DNA of 63,077 nucleotides, counting the filler, from Reclinomonas americana ATCC 50394 (Eukaryota): NCBI GenBank assembly GCA_048213135.1. It is 20 parts of 20 records of this genome, joined end to end, with 100 filler letters (N's around TTAATTAATTAA, not from the genome) between each part and the next. Parts side by side here need not be neighbours in the genome. Positions count along the whole stretch, not along the records: positions 46,091 to 52,094 come from AFZH01019125.1; positions 52,195 to 54,449 come from AFZH01019126.1; positions 54,550 to 60,205 come from AFZH01019129.1; positions 60,306 to 61,705 come from AFZH01019131.1; positions 61,806 to 63,077 come from AFZH01019136.1; 15 more parts are not named here. The stretch is one strand, 5' to 3'. The notes beneath the pieces were generated by a model that did not search any database, had not been told where the DNA came from, and saw only the letters and a program-made list of their open reading frames with translations. Below are positions 50,462 to 63,077 of the stretch, one piece after another (the stretch's first letter is position 1; each line of letters begins with the position of its first letter). A program made the position numbers and the translations under genes.

Positions 50462-52094
50462 CTACTGTGACCTGCATTGCGCGTCATCCTGCGCGCCCGG
50501 CTGCTGCTGTTGCTGCTGTTGTTGCTGCTGCTGTTGCTGGTGCGCCTGGTGCTCCCTCAGTGATTCCTGGATGGCCAGCTCCAGCAGTCGCTGTGACAGG
50601 AAGGCAATGTTAACAACAATGATCCGCGACACTCAGCACCCGCGAACACAACACTGACCACAAGTGAGAGCACAGAGCGTAAATCATCTCTCTCTTTTCT
50701 CTGCTCAAACTCTCCGACTTCCGTTGAACCCCCTGCATCTCTCGTTCACACTGTCCTTTTGCATTCCAGTCATGTGCACTCACTACTGTGCAACTGAATG
50801 AGAGAAAGACGCAACGCGAGAATGCTACACTGCGCACAGAATAACGCAAACGCAAGAATTGTTGCACTCAATTGTTTGCAATCAAGAACGTCTCCCCAAC
50901 TCGTTGACCTCAGACTCCCTTTCCCTTCCTCTCCTCCCTTTTCCCTTCGCTCCCTCCTCTCCCTCTCCCTTTTCCTTTGCCCCCTCCTCTCCCTCTCCCT
51001 TTTCCTTTGCCCTTCTACCCCCTAATCACCTGCTCCTCATCCTCATTCGACGCAAATCCACCAGCCGCCGCATACGCCCCACCAAACCCATACAACCCAG
51101 CCGCCGCCCCACTCCCACCACCATGCCCTCCGGCGGCAGCCACCGCCGCTGCCGACTGCGGCGACAGGTCGTAGAGGTCGCCGAAAGCAGCTTCAACGCG
51201 TCCTGTGCAGGAGAGGTGTCAGTGTACGCTCAGAACGGCGTCAGGGAAACGGAGAGGGAGAGCACAGAGAGAGACAGGCAGGAGAGTGCAGAGAGAAAGG
51301 GGGACAGTGCACAGGGAGAGACAGAGAGCGAAGAGAGCTGAGGAAGGCATAATTGCACTTGAGCTGAGCGACAAGGCGAAGAACGCGTGTTGTGTCTCAC
51401 GCTGCTGCGATGCACCTCTCCACGTCCATGGACAGGCACCCACGACGAGGGGCACAACAAGAGTGAGAAAACGGGGAGAGAGAGAAGAGAGAAAAGGTGA
51501 TGGTCCTTTCCCCCAGCTTGTCTCTGACTGCCTCCCATGAGCTTAGCAAATCACTCTTTCCCTTCTCTCTCCCTGCACTCACCTCCATTCTCTCTCTCGC
51601 TCTGTAAACTCCTCCTTTTTCACTCCCATTCTCTCTTCTACACTCCGCACTCTTCTCCCATTCTCTCTCTCGCAGCACTCGGCACCCTTTCCCATTCTCC
51701 TTCTTTGCACTCTCCTCTCATCCTCTCTCTGCGCTCTCCTCCATTCCCTCCACATCTCTCTCTTGCTCACTCTCTGCCTACCCTCTCTCCCTCTCTCTCC
51801 GCACTCTCCTCCCTTCCCTTTACTCTCTCTCCTCCCTTCCCTTTACTCTCTCTCCCCTTCTTCGCATCCCTCACCTCCCGGAGCCGCCGGCACCGGCGTC
51901 AGCCTCCCATCATCATCCTCCTCCTCCGCCTCCTCGTCGTCCTCCTCCCCCTCCCCTCCCTCCTCCATTTCATCCTCCTCCTGCTCCTCTCCCTCCTCGT
52001 CGTCGTCATCGTCGTCGTCGTCATTGACGGGAGGCGCGCGCCGACGAGCAGGACGCTCATCATCGTCACCACCACCACGAGCACGGCCACTGCT
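50462..52094 (-). CDS. C-terminal exons of a UIM (ubiquitin-interacting motif) protein
   Basis: Acidic exon, Gly/Ala exon ending NEDEEQ, final exon RLLELAIQESLREH-polyQ*; EDEEQRLLELAIQESL fits the UIM consensus. Confidence 0.7.
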
Positions 52095-52601
52095 NNNNNN
52101 NNNNNNNNNNNNNNNNNNNNNNNNNNNNNNNNNNNNNNTTAATTAATTAANNNNNNNNNNNNNNNNNNNNNNNNNNNNNNNNNNNNNNNNNNNNAGGAAG
52201 GGGGAAGGGGGGAAAAGGGAATAATAAAGGGGTAAGAGTGCATTAGACAAGACGCAGTCACAGCAGCTTCCAAGACCACCAGGATTCGGACAGAGGAACG
52301 TACAGCGACAGAATAGGGGAGATACGACGGATAGACGATAACCAGACTTCTGGCTGTGTACAGGATTCAACAGGCACAGAACATAACAGGATCAAGAAGA
52401 CACCAATGAGGAGAAGATTGCACCAAGTTGGCAAGGGGAAGACAAAGAGATAAGGCATCGTCTCCCAAGAAACAACACGAATCAGAGAAGAATGCATCAA
52501 GAAAAACAAAAAACAGAGACGATGGAAGCGCACAAGACGTATCGATTCTTCTCTCGAGAAACGACAGTCACGAAAACACGTCAGTAAACCGCACAACTCA
52601 C

Positions 52602-53560
52602 CTCAAACGACCCCGGTGCCGACGAATCCGGGCTCGGCGAACGCGACTGCATGCGCCGCGCAGCATTCCCAAAGCCTCCGCCCGCATTCCACAGAGTAAA
52701 TCTGCACACAAACAAGAAGGCGATCAGGAGGACGATGGAGGAGAAAGAAGGAGGAGGGGCAAGGTGCACAAGGTAGAGAACATGAAAAAGCAGAACGAAT
52801 GACAAGCCAAGGAATACCAAGAAAAAAGAGGAGGAAAAGAAGAAGAACAGGGAAGGAGAAGGGGAACGAGAATAGTTGAGAGACGAACGAGGGGGAAGGA
52901 GAAGGGGAACGAGAAGGGAACGAGAAGGGGATGAGAAGAGGGAGAAGGGGAACGAGAAGGGGAACGAGAAGGGGAACGAGAAGGGGAACGAGAAGGGGAA
53001 CGAGAAGGGGAGCGAGAAAAGGGAAGGAGAAGGGGGAAGGAGAAGGGAGAGGAAAGGGAGAGGAGAAGGGGAACGGCAAGAAGAACGACAAGGAGAACGA
53101 AGAACGACAAGGGGAACGAGAAGGGGAACAAGAAAGAGAACGAGAAGGAGAACGAGAAGGAGAACAAGAAGGGAGAGGAGAAGGGGGAGGAGAACGGGGA
53201 GGAGAAGGGAGAGGAGAAGGAGGAGAACGGGGAAGGGGAAGGGGAGAAGGGAGCGAGAGAACGGGTGACAGAAAAACACAAGAAGGAAAACAGGAAGAAT
53301 TACAAGGAAGAAAAGACCAACGACGCACCGAGAAGAACAAGATGCACAAGCAGAACAACAAGAAGCACAAAAAACAACAACACCAACGACAAAGTCCAAC
53401 AAACAAGAGCAAGAGACAACGCGCGCGCGCGCCATGTCCACACACACTCTTTGCCACACACTCTCTCACGCAACGATCGCGATCCCGATCCACTCGCCAC
53501 CTCGCTGCTCTTCTTCGCACGCCGCCTGCTGTGCGTCTGCTCAAGCCACTCCGGAGGCAT
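52602..53560 (-). CDS. Internal exons of an unknown protein (possibly the same gene as the UIM protein)
   Basis: PPEWLEQTHSRRRAKKSSEVASGSGSRS|GTTGCG...AG|FTLWNAGGGFGNAARRMQSRSPSPDSSAPGSFE|GTGAGT joins in frame. Confidence 0.4.
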
Positions 53561-54384
53561 CGGCTAACACAAGAGACAAGAGACAAGAGAGAGAGAGAGA
53601 AAGTGTGAGCATGCCGCAACAACAAACACACAAACAAACAAACAGACGCGTGCGTGATAAAAGAGAGAGTGGGGAGAGAGGGTGGCGGGAGAGAGTGAGT
53701 GTGTGTGAATGAGAGTGAGAAGCAAGAGAGGAGAGGGGGAGAGTGTGCGAGTGAGAGAGTGTGTGAGAGTGAGTGAGAAACAGGCGAGAGAGAAAGTGTG
53801 CACAATAGTGTGTGAGAGTGTGTGTTTTGTGTACACTTTGTGTGTGCGAGAGAGGGAGTGTGTGTGTCTGTGTGAGTAAGAGAGGAGGAGAGTGTGTGAG
53901 TGAGTGAGAGTGTGTGTGAGAGAGTGTGTGTGAGAAACAAGTGAGAGACTGCGAAAAGTGTGCGTTTTGTGTGTGTTTGTGTGTGCGTTTTGTGTGTGCG
54001 AGAGAGGGAGTGTGTGAGGAAGAGAGGAGGAGAGTGTGCGAGTGAGTGAGAGTGTGAGACAGTGTGTGAGAAACAAGAGAGAGAGAAAGTGTGCGTAAAG
54101 TGTGTGTTCTTGTGAGTGCGAGAGTGTGTGTGTATGGGTGGGTGGGTGGGTGTAAGAGAGGGGGAGAGTGTGCGAGTGAGAGAGAAGAGAGCGCGATTGA
54201 GAAACAGGTGTAAGAAAGAGTGCGACAAGTGGTGTATATGTGTGCGTTTGTGAGTGCGTTTGTGTGTGTGCGTGTGCGTGTGCGTGTGTGTGCGTGTGTA
54301 GGAGAGTGTGAAAGAGAGTGTGCAAGTGAGAGTGCAAGAGAAAGAGAGGACGACACAATAAAACACACCTTTCACCCTCACACA

Positions 54385-54449
<65 letters not shown>

Positions 54450-54551
54450 NNNNNNNNNNNNNNNNNNNNNNNNNNNNNNNNNNNNNNNNNNNNTTAATTA
54501 ATTAANNNNNNNNNNNNNNNNNNNNNNNNNNNNNNNNNNNNNNNNNNNNGA

Positions 54552-54592
<41 letters not shown>

Positions 54593-55504
54593 TGACGAGT
54601 GTCTCAAGGCACAGAAGAGCGACAGAAGGCAAGTTATTGATAGACTGGGACAGAGCGAGTGAGAAGGAAGGCACAGGGAAGTGAGAAGGTACAGAGAGAG
54701 AGAAGGGCAGAACGGCAGATCGCGAGAGAACGCAGGGACAGCGATAAGAGGCAGGAAAGCAAGAGGGGGCAAGAGAGAGCGAGAGAGATGGAGGCACAGG
54801 ACGATTGAAAGCAGCGATAGAAAGCAGAGAAGGAGGCTGAGAGCGAACGAGAGTGCAGGCAACAGGCTGAAGCTGCCAGATATCAACGGGCAGAGGAGAG
54901 GGAGAGATGAGGACAGAGAGAAAGAGAGAGGAAGCGCGGAGAGTGTCTTCGTCTCCCCAATCTCCCTTTCTCTGTTTCTCTCTGTTAGGGCGAGGGAAGG
55001 CGCACAGGAAAGTGCGAGAAAGCAGAAACTTAGAGAGACCACACCCGGTGTACAAGTCGAGCAGTGCTTTTGCGCAACAAATAGAGATGACGAGAAAGCT
55101 GAGCAGTGATAGTGCATCCGAGAGGTAGGATGCAAGCAGGGCAGTGTGAGAGACTTGTGGCGCCCTCATCGCTCACTCTGTCTTTCCTTCGATATTCTCT
55201 CATTGCAATTCTTGTTGTCTCCACTTGTTGCTTCCTACGTCTACTGTAAGTTCATGAGGCGGAAAGGCGCGTAGCAAAAGGCAGAGAGTCTGTGAAGAGA
55301 TGACAATCGATGTGCTTGTCTCTCGCAACTGTTGTTTGTTCGTTTCACTGCCTTCCGTTGCCTTCTCCTCCTTGTACATCTCACTATAATTCTTGAAGCC
55401 TCTCTCGCCATCCAAGTTGCTAACTGCATCTCTCCTTCTCCTTCTCCCTCCCCGTCCCTTTCTCCCTCTCCCCCTCCCCTTCCCCCTCCCTTTTCCCTTC
55501 GCAG

Positions 55505-58206
55505 ATCGCCTCCCTCAAGCGCGAAAAACAAGAAGCTCAAGAGGCCGCCCTGCAAGCCGAGACTCGCGGCATGGATCTCGTGCACGAATACCAGCAACTC
55601 ATTCGCGAAAAGGATGTTGCGCACTCTTCCTCATCCTCCTTCACCCTTTCCCCAGAACTCATCTTCCTTGTGTTTGCAGAACGAATGCGATCGCCTGAGC
55701 AAGCAACTCAAGGCCCTGCAGGGCGACTACGCCGCGCTGAGTGACGAGTGCTCCAGATGGAAGCGAGAGTGCGAGCAATTACGAGCGGCACCAATGCCCA
55801 CCACCCCGACTGTGCCACCATCTCCCAATCCACCTCCACCACCACCACCACCGACTTCATTGCCAGCAGCGTCGGACGGCCAGCCTCCACCAGCAACCGC
55901 ATCCGCAGCAGCCGCAGCACCGTCTTCGGAGTGGATCGAGGTGTCGGTGGACGACGTGCCACCAGCGGACGAGTCGGTGGCACCACCAACGTCGTCGTCG
56001 GATGATGTGGCAGCACTCCGAGCAGAATTAATGCTGGCACAGCGCTCGCTTGCCGCCCTCACCCAGGTGTTGGTCCACGAGAGGTTTGTGTGTGTACGCT
56101 CTCGTCTCACCCGCTCCTCCTCTTCCACGCTGACTTGTCCCTGTGTGAAGCGATCGCGTGGCTGTACTCGGCGATGTGTTGTCGGAGACGGCGCACCCCA
56201 TGAGCGCCGAACGGTCGATTGTCGAGTCGCTCACTCTGTTGCGTCGTGGCCCACAACAAGAACGGTGTGGAGATTATTCGCTCACATCTTTTTCTGCACC
56301 AGGAGTCTGTCGGTGGACGAGACAACAGACGCAGCACTGGTCAAGACCAGAGCAGAATACGGCACTCTAATCGGAGCGATTCAACTCTTCTGTGACACGC
56401 TGCAAGAGACAAAGCAGATGAACGAGAAACTGATGCGCAAGTTGGAACGACTGGAGAAGGAGAAGGCGTCGCAGATCAATGACACAACAGCCGCCATGCT
56501 CAAGCAGACAGAAGGTTTGTGTCTACCATTCAAACGCAGCGCAAGGGTGTTCAAAATTCGTGAGCACTTCATGCTTTGCTTTCGTGGGTCCCGCCTCTTC
56601 TTCCCCCGGTTCCTTCCCCTTGTTCCTTGTCCCTCCTTCTTTTGCATTCGTCCCCTTCTCCTCGGCCGCTTCTCTCCCCCTTCTCTTCCCCCTTCTCTTC
56701 CCCCTGTTCCTTCCCCCCGTTCCTTCCCCCTGTTCCTTCTCCCTTCTCCCTTCTCCCTTCTTCCTTTGTCCCTCTTCCTTCCCCCTTCTCCTTCCCCCTT
56801 TTCCTTCCTCCTTCATCCTTCCCGTTTGTCACCCTTCTCCTCACCCCCCCCCTTTATCCCCCTTCGCGCAGAACTGAGCGCCGTGAAGCGCGAGCGCGAC
56901 AGCCTCAACAAACGCCTCTCGCGCCTCACCAAAACCGTCAGCGACATGGAGTCGACGCACATGGCCAGCTCGAACTTAGAGAAGGAGTTTTACGTGCAGC
57001 GAGTGGCCCTCACCCGCGCCAACGAGGAGCTGGCGCGGCGCAACTTTGAGTTCCAAGAGCTGTCGATCTCCACCGAGGAGCAACTGAATGTGCTGCGTGC
57101 GCAACTGGCCAAGAAGCAGAGCGACCTCGAGGCGGCGACGTCGCGTGTGGAGGAACTCAGCAAGGTGACCGAGGGTGCACTGGCCACGCTGCAGACGAGG
57201 GTCGACGATCGCGACGCCGAAATCCGCACGCTGACCGGCAAGCTGGCGGCACGTGAACGCGAGCTGGCCGAGCGTGATCAGCGATCGCGGCGCGTGGAGG
57301 ACGAACTGCGCGCGTCGTTGGCCGACCAGGAGGCGCACGCGCAGTCGCTGAATGTGTCGCTCGCCAACTTGGAGGGCGTGCTGCAGCAGTTTCAGGTGGA
57401 GGAGGACATTCGGGTGCGCGAGAAGACCGTGGCGTTGCAGGCGACCATTCGGCGATTGGAGGACAAGGTGGCGGGCATGCAGTCGGCGCTGCAGGCATTA
57501 GAGGTTCGAGAATGACAAAGTGCGTTGTTTCGTTGTCTGCAGCTGACTGTCCCTTTTGTTGCACAGAGTGTGAATGGTGAATTATCAGTGTCGCGCGAGA
57601 GGTGTGCGGAGTTGGAGCGCACGGTGGCGAGCCAACGCACGGAAATGTGGCGTCTGAACGAGTCGGTCGACGCACTGAATGCGGAGGTGTCGCGGCTGCT
57701 GCGCAAGCTCAATGAGGTGCTGATCGACAGCGACGTGGTGGACAAGGGTGTGGTCGGCCGCCTGCTGGTGTCATATGTGGGCAGCAAGGAGAAGGAGCGC
57801 CAGAAGGAGATGCTGACAATTCTCGCCTCCATGTTGAGTCTGAGTGAGGACGACAAGGAAAAGGTGAGTGCGGAGAGACGCGCGGAGGAAGGGGGGAAGT
57901 GTGCTCACTCTTTCTCATGTGCAGATTGGCTTGCGGAGGAAAACGCGTGGCATGCTATCGAGCATTCTCGGTGTGTTCTCGTTGGCGGGTGACAGCTCCG
58001 AACCGGCCAAGTTTCAGCCGCAGGATGTTGCGTTGTCTCGCTTGGGTGCGCCTTGTCTGCCCTCTTCTCATCCGTGCATTGTGGTGCAGTCATTATCGGA
58101 GCTGTGGATGGAATTCTTGCTGGCGCGTGACAGAGAGAAGGAGTTAGATGCGGGCGTGGCGAGTGCCAGTGGTCTGCCACCGACTGCAGACGACGGTGAA
58201 TCATGA
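55505..58206 (+). CDS. GRAB-domain golgin (GMAP-210/TRIP11/Rud3 family); 5' end uncertain
   Basis: Long coiled-coil exons, then VDKGVVGRLLVSYV...KEMLTILASMLSLSEDDKEKIGL (GRAB) and SLSELWMEFLL (GA1 motif). Confidence 0.85.
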
Positions 58207-58630
58207 ATGAAATAGCTGGGAAGAGTGTCTCATTTGCCCTTGCACATCACAGACAGGGGGAGAAAGGCGAGTGTGAGTGGTCTGCCGCCGTCTGCAGACG
58301 ACAGTGAATCAAGAATTGACTGAAAAGGAGTGCCTCAGCATGTGCATCACAGTAGACAGGGACGGGTGATGAGCGGCACTGAAGATGGTGTGCCACCAAC
58401 AACAGACGACGGTGAATCATGAATGCCATAACTGGGTAGTGTGCAAGTCACCCTTGCGCATAACAGACAGGGGAGAAGGGGAGTGCAAACGATCTGCCAC
58501 CGACGGTGGACGTTGATGAATCATGAACTGGCTGAAAAGAGTGCCTCAGCTCGTGTCACAGACAGGGGGAAAGGGGAGTGCAAACGATCTGCCACCAACA
58601 ACAGACGACGGTGAATCATGAATGAAATAA
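58180..58630. repeat. Degenerate ~100 bp tandem repeat between convergent genes
   Basis: Recurrent gacgacggtgaatcatgaat and tctgccacc cores near 58190, 58300, 58405, 58515 and 58605. Confidence 0.8.
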
Positions 58631-58699
58631 CTGGTTCCCTTCACACAGCAGACAGACAATAACATAATGAGTGCAGTGCATTACGCGCGTGTGCGTGTC

Positions 58700-59474
58700 T
58701 CAGCCGCCCTTGTATCGCACAAAGCCGACGATATTCTCCTGCACATTCTCCAAGCAGTCCATGTCCTCCTCTGGCAAGTCTCCCGCCCGTGCGGCCATCT
58801 GCACAGCACATGTGAGCGACTGCGTACTCAGAAATCTTGGCATTATCGGTCACCAACCATTTGCTTGAACGGCTGCGCCAGCGACTTGAGCAACGCGTGC
58901 ACATTCAACTCGCGGTACAAGCCATCGAGGTCATCATTGGCGAAAATGTCGATCAGCGAGTTGACGGCGTCGCCGACCACCAGCAGCAGACCACATTGCG
59001 CAGCGTCCATCAGAACCGAGCACGTACTCTGTCTCACAAAGGCCGAAGTGAGTGCGCGAGACAGCACACCGCATCCACTCTGGACACGGTTACAAACCCG
59101 CAGAACCGCATCGCCGACACTGCCCTTCGAGGCCATTTGCCCGAGAATCGCCAGCGATTGTGCACGAGCGCGCTCCGTCTGCGCTGCGTCACTCGCCAGT
59201 GCGGCCAGCGCACTCATTTGATCGGCGCTCTGGTGGTGAGCAAAAAAGGGGTGAGCCTCGTTGCATTCCACTCTCTTCTTCACCACCGCACTCACCAACG
59301 CCGGCACTCGGCGCACCACTCCGGAGATCAACTTCAACAACTCCTCGACCAACTGCGTGCGCTGCGACACGGCAAATCCTTGCGGCGCCGCCGCTGCACT
59401 GGCAATGGTGGCACCCTCGCGAGCAATCGCCCCGAAAGCAGCGTCCACCAGCGGGCTCAACAGGCCCGCCATGT
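58700..59474 (-). CDS. HEATR3: HEATR3/Syo1-like ribosomal-protein import adaptor, C-terminal exons
   Basis: VVGDAVNSLIDIFANDD...LLKSLAQPFKQM plus last exon DCLENVQENIVGFVRYK* resemble HEATR3 (GEALDALFDVFAD...LDNVKMNLRRFIAYQ). Confidence 0.7.
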
Positions 59475-60319
59475 CTGTGTGAGGTGGAAAGAAAAGGCAT
59501 GTGAGCCAAGACGCCATCAGTATCGTTTTCCTCTATCACCTCGTTGTCTCTTCACATCCACTGTTGATGAAATGAGGAGGGAGGAGAGGAGAAGAAAAGG
59601 AGGGAGGAAGAAAAGAGAGGACAGGACAGAACAGAACAAGACAAGAGAATAGATGAGAGGAGAAGAGAACCTCTTCTTCACTCTCTTCTTTCTATTTTCT
59701 TGTCTTTTCTTCTCTCTTCTCATCTCTATTTTCTTCTCTATCCTTCGCCTCGCTCTCATAATTTCTTCTCTTCACCTCTCCATTTTCCCTTCTCTTCTCT
59801 TCCATTCCTTTCTCTTCTCTTCCCTTCCCTTGCCTTCTCTCCTCTTCCCTTCCAATTTCTTCTCTTCCATTTTCTCTCATCTGTTATCTTTTCCTCTCCC
59901 CTTTCTCATATTCGCTACTTACTATCTCTTCTTATCTCTTCTCACATCTTCTCTCCTCTTCCCTCTTCTCCTCTCCTCTCCTCTCCTCTTCCCTCTTCTC
60001 CTCTCCTCTCCTCCCCCTCGTCCCTTATCTCCTCATCTCTTCCATTCTCTGCTCTTCTCTTCCCTCTCCTCTCCTCTCCTCTCTCCTCTCCCCTCCTCTC
60101 CTCTCCTCACCTCCCTCACCTCTCCTCCGCTCTCCTCTCTCCTCTCTCCTCTCTCCTCTCCTCTCCTCTCCTCTCCTCTCCTCTCCTCCCATCTCCTCGC
60201 CAGTCNNNNNNNNNNNNNNNNNNNNNNNNNNNNNNNNNNNNNNNNNNNNTTAATTAATTAANNNNNNNNNNNNNNNNNNNNNNNNNNNNNNNNNNNNNNN
60301 NNNNNGGACTGTGCAGATC

Positions 60320-61330
60320 AGATCATGGAACCGCGGTTTCCAACATCGATTTCGAATCTGGGTGGGTTGCGTCGCAGGCGTACTCTCGAATTGAGGTGGA
60401 GGAAAACGCCAGTGGCTGGTAGAATCGGAGAAGAGTAAGCCTATGCACGCACACTCTTGAGGGCACGATAAGTGCACATACTCACCGGTCTCGGAATCCT
60501 TGACGACCTCGAACTTCAACACGCCGTCTGCGACGTAGCCCACTTCAAGTGGCTCGAATCCCTCCTCCATCCACACGTTCACTGGAGACTCTGTGCCGAA
60601 AATGTGCGGACTCACAACACATGCGTGTAGCACCAGACGAGGCTTGTAAAATGGGTAGGAAAGGGTCATGGCTGTGCTGCTTCGGACCGTCTGTGACAAT
60701 TGCAAAGCAGTGATGAGCAACGAGTGTCAAAGTTTTCTGCTCCTCCCCCCTCTCTCTCTCTGTGTGTGTCTGTGTGTGTGTGTGTGCGTGCGTGTTGTCA
60801 ACTTGTGCTCCGCGTTTCCCATGTGTGAAGCGAACGCACCCCGTTTCGCAGAGCAGTGAGCGAGAAGACGACTTCTTCACCAGTGTCGACACTCTGGATC
60901 ACATCCTGCATCGTCTCTCTCGTGACCATCCTCTTGCCTTTCACACCACCACTCACAAGCCGCTCGGTAATCATACGGATGTCATCTTCAAACGTTTGCA
61001 ACGCGCTGGCTGAAGCACCACAACCCATTGCGACCTCTCAAGCAACCACACGCGACAAACAAATTTAAACGAGAGTGTGAAATCACTTCGTCCGTCTGTT
61101 TGGTTTTGTGATCAAGCTGCGGACGCTGGCAGTGTGCACGTGCACATGCGTGTGAGTGTGGCAGAGACCGACTGTATCGTGCATCGCTACACTCGCAGCA
61201 GTCCACCAGCTGTGGTGTGACGATAAAATCGCAATCAGTGACAACGATCATGCATATGTGATCATGAATCACACACAACATATGTTCTCTTTCGATGCGA
61301 ACTGCGTGCAGCAGGTCGTCTGACTGCTTC
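60320..61330 (-). CDS. Probable exons of an unknown protein
   Basis: Non-repetitive, coding-like segments (LQTFEDDIRMITERLV...LRNG|GTGCGT; VNVWMEEGFEPLEVGYVADGVLKFEVVKDSET|GTGAGT). Confidence 0.4.
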
Positions 61331-61839
61331 GTATCATGCGTTCTCTGATGGAGACAAAGGATGCCTCCGAGATGGTGCAAGTTGTGCCTTGTGTAAATGA
61401 ATGTCGTGTCTTCTCTCTCAAAATGCCTGAGAAACATATTGCAAGTTTTTGTCAGTGGTACGCACCACCGAGTCTGCTGCACTGATGTGCGATGTGTATA
61501 GTCAGTCATCTTCAGTAAAATCAGTGCTTGCAACCATGCAGTGTCACTCACCCAGCAGCGTGCAGTGCAAATATCAATCACGTGCACGTTTGCATTTACG
61601 TACACACTGGTACAGAAAAGCCATGTGTAATTCGTGCTGCAGCGAAGGATCTGCAATCGCTGCAGGCCTCGTCAGTCGGAACCAGCAAGGATAACCTCAG
61701 TGGCTNNNNNNNNNNNNNNNNNNNNNNNNNNNNNNNNNNNNNNNNNNNNTTAATTAATTAANNNNNNNNNNNNNNNNNNNNNNNNNNNNNNNNNNNNNNN
61801 NNNNNCATTTCCACATCATCCTTTCCTCTGTCTGTCTCT

Positions 61840-61877
<38 letters not shown>

Positions 61878-61971
61878 GCTCTCTTTCCCTCTGACTGTAT
61901 TCTGCATCCCTACCTCTCTGTTCTTGTGCTCATCTCCCCCCTCTTCTTTTCTCTTTCCCGTTCCCGTGCAG

Positions 61972-62313
61972 TCACGCGACGTGGACGACACGGACGTGTT
62001 CGAGTTCAACGGCGACTTTACGAATCGGCAAATCAAGGTCAAGGTCAACACGATCCAGTTGAAGGAGACCGCTGAGGAGAACGCCAGCACCAACGAGAAG
62101 GTGTTCCTAGACCGCCAGTACCTCATCGACGCCGCGGTTGTGCGCACGATGAAGGCGCGCAAGACGTTGACGCACACGCAGCTGATGGCGGAGCTGTTCA
62201 ACCAGCTCAAGTTCCACATGAAGGCGTCGGATGTGAAGAAGCGCATCGAGTCGCTGATCGACCGTGAGTATTTGAGACGGGACGATGACCAGAGCTCCAC
62301 GTATCATTACTTG
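61972..62313 (+). CDS. CUL4: Cullin-4 C-terminal exon (neddylation winged-helix domain)
   Basis: IQLKETAEE...VFLDRQYLIDAAVVRTMKARKTL...QLKF...KKRIESLIDREYL..D....YHYL matches CUL4. Confidence 0.92.
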
Positions 62314-62903
62314 GTGAGTGACGGGGGAGAAGGGAGGGAGAGGAGGGAGAGTGAGAAGGAGAGAGACAAACGCGTGTGTTACGAGTGAGACTGTGGGCTG
62401 CTTATGCTTGTGTCTGAGAGAGAAGATGAGGAAGAAAAAGAAGAGAACTGTGTGAGTCATGACATTTGAGGCTGGAAGTTGCAAATGAGCGTGTTGTGCG
62501 AGGGAACAGAATGTGTGTGGAAGGAGCTTGAAGAGAAAGCGTTCTCGCACGACATCTTGTCACCAGTGAGATTTTGGGTTGCTTGTGTGATTGCGTGTGT
62601 GCCAGAGAGAGAAGGAGAAACGGGAAAAGAGAAAGTGTGTGGCAGGAGCTTGCAGAGAACCGTTCTCGCACGACACCTTATGACGAGTGAGGGCTGCGGG
62701 CTGCGCTGTGTCGTTTTCCGTGTCCAAGCAGACGAAGACTAGGAGGAGGAACAGCGAGTGGTAGGAGCAGGAAGTGAGATAGAATGTGAGAGGGAGAGAA
62801 TGGAAAGGTGAGTGACCAGGAGCAGGACGATTGGTTGATGCCAACCTGAAAAGCAAGCATGCATGAATGACAGTCACAGAGACTGAGAGACTGTGTGTGT
62901 GCG

Positions 62904-62948
<45 letters not shown>

Positions 62949-63077
62949 ATTGAACGAGAGACAGAGCTGCATGCTGCATTGTGTGCGAGAGCGGGAGAGA
63001 AATACGGTGAGAGATGGTGGTCAGCAGAGAAGGACGTAGAAATGAACGAGTCTGTACGAGTGCGCCCTCCTCCTCAC

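Overview
Eukaryotic (protist-like) draft scaffold, not prokaryotic: 20 contig pieces joined by artificial N44-TTAATTAATTAA-N44 spacers, rich in microsatellites and spliceosomal introns. Several genes continue across the spacers, so the pieces are in scaffold order. Genes reconstructed by hand from exons: CAF1/CNOT7 deadenylase, divergent Skp1-like protein, N-myristoylated ankyrin protein, two alpha/beta hydrolases, a Zn(II)2Cys6-PAS transcription factor, AP-5 mu, NDUFS4, NCS-1/frequenin, a UIM protein, a GRAB-domain golgin (GMAP-210/Rud3), HEATR3/Syo1 and the cullin-4 C-terminus. The standout is an intron-containing gene (minus strand, 42490-49880, about 1,180 aa) for a predicted type II membrane protein with a long phage-tail-fibre-like beta-repeat and a C-terminal Peptidase_S74 self-cleaving chaperone. 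Also notable are a recurrent GTTGCG/GTTGAG 5' splice-site motif, purine-to-pyrimidine polarity of long introns, and a dispersed CCAAT-containing element upstream of two genes. All assignments are by eye and from recall of families; no searches were run.
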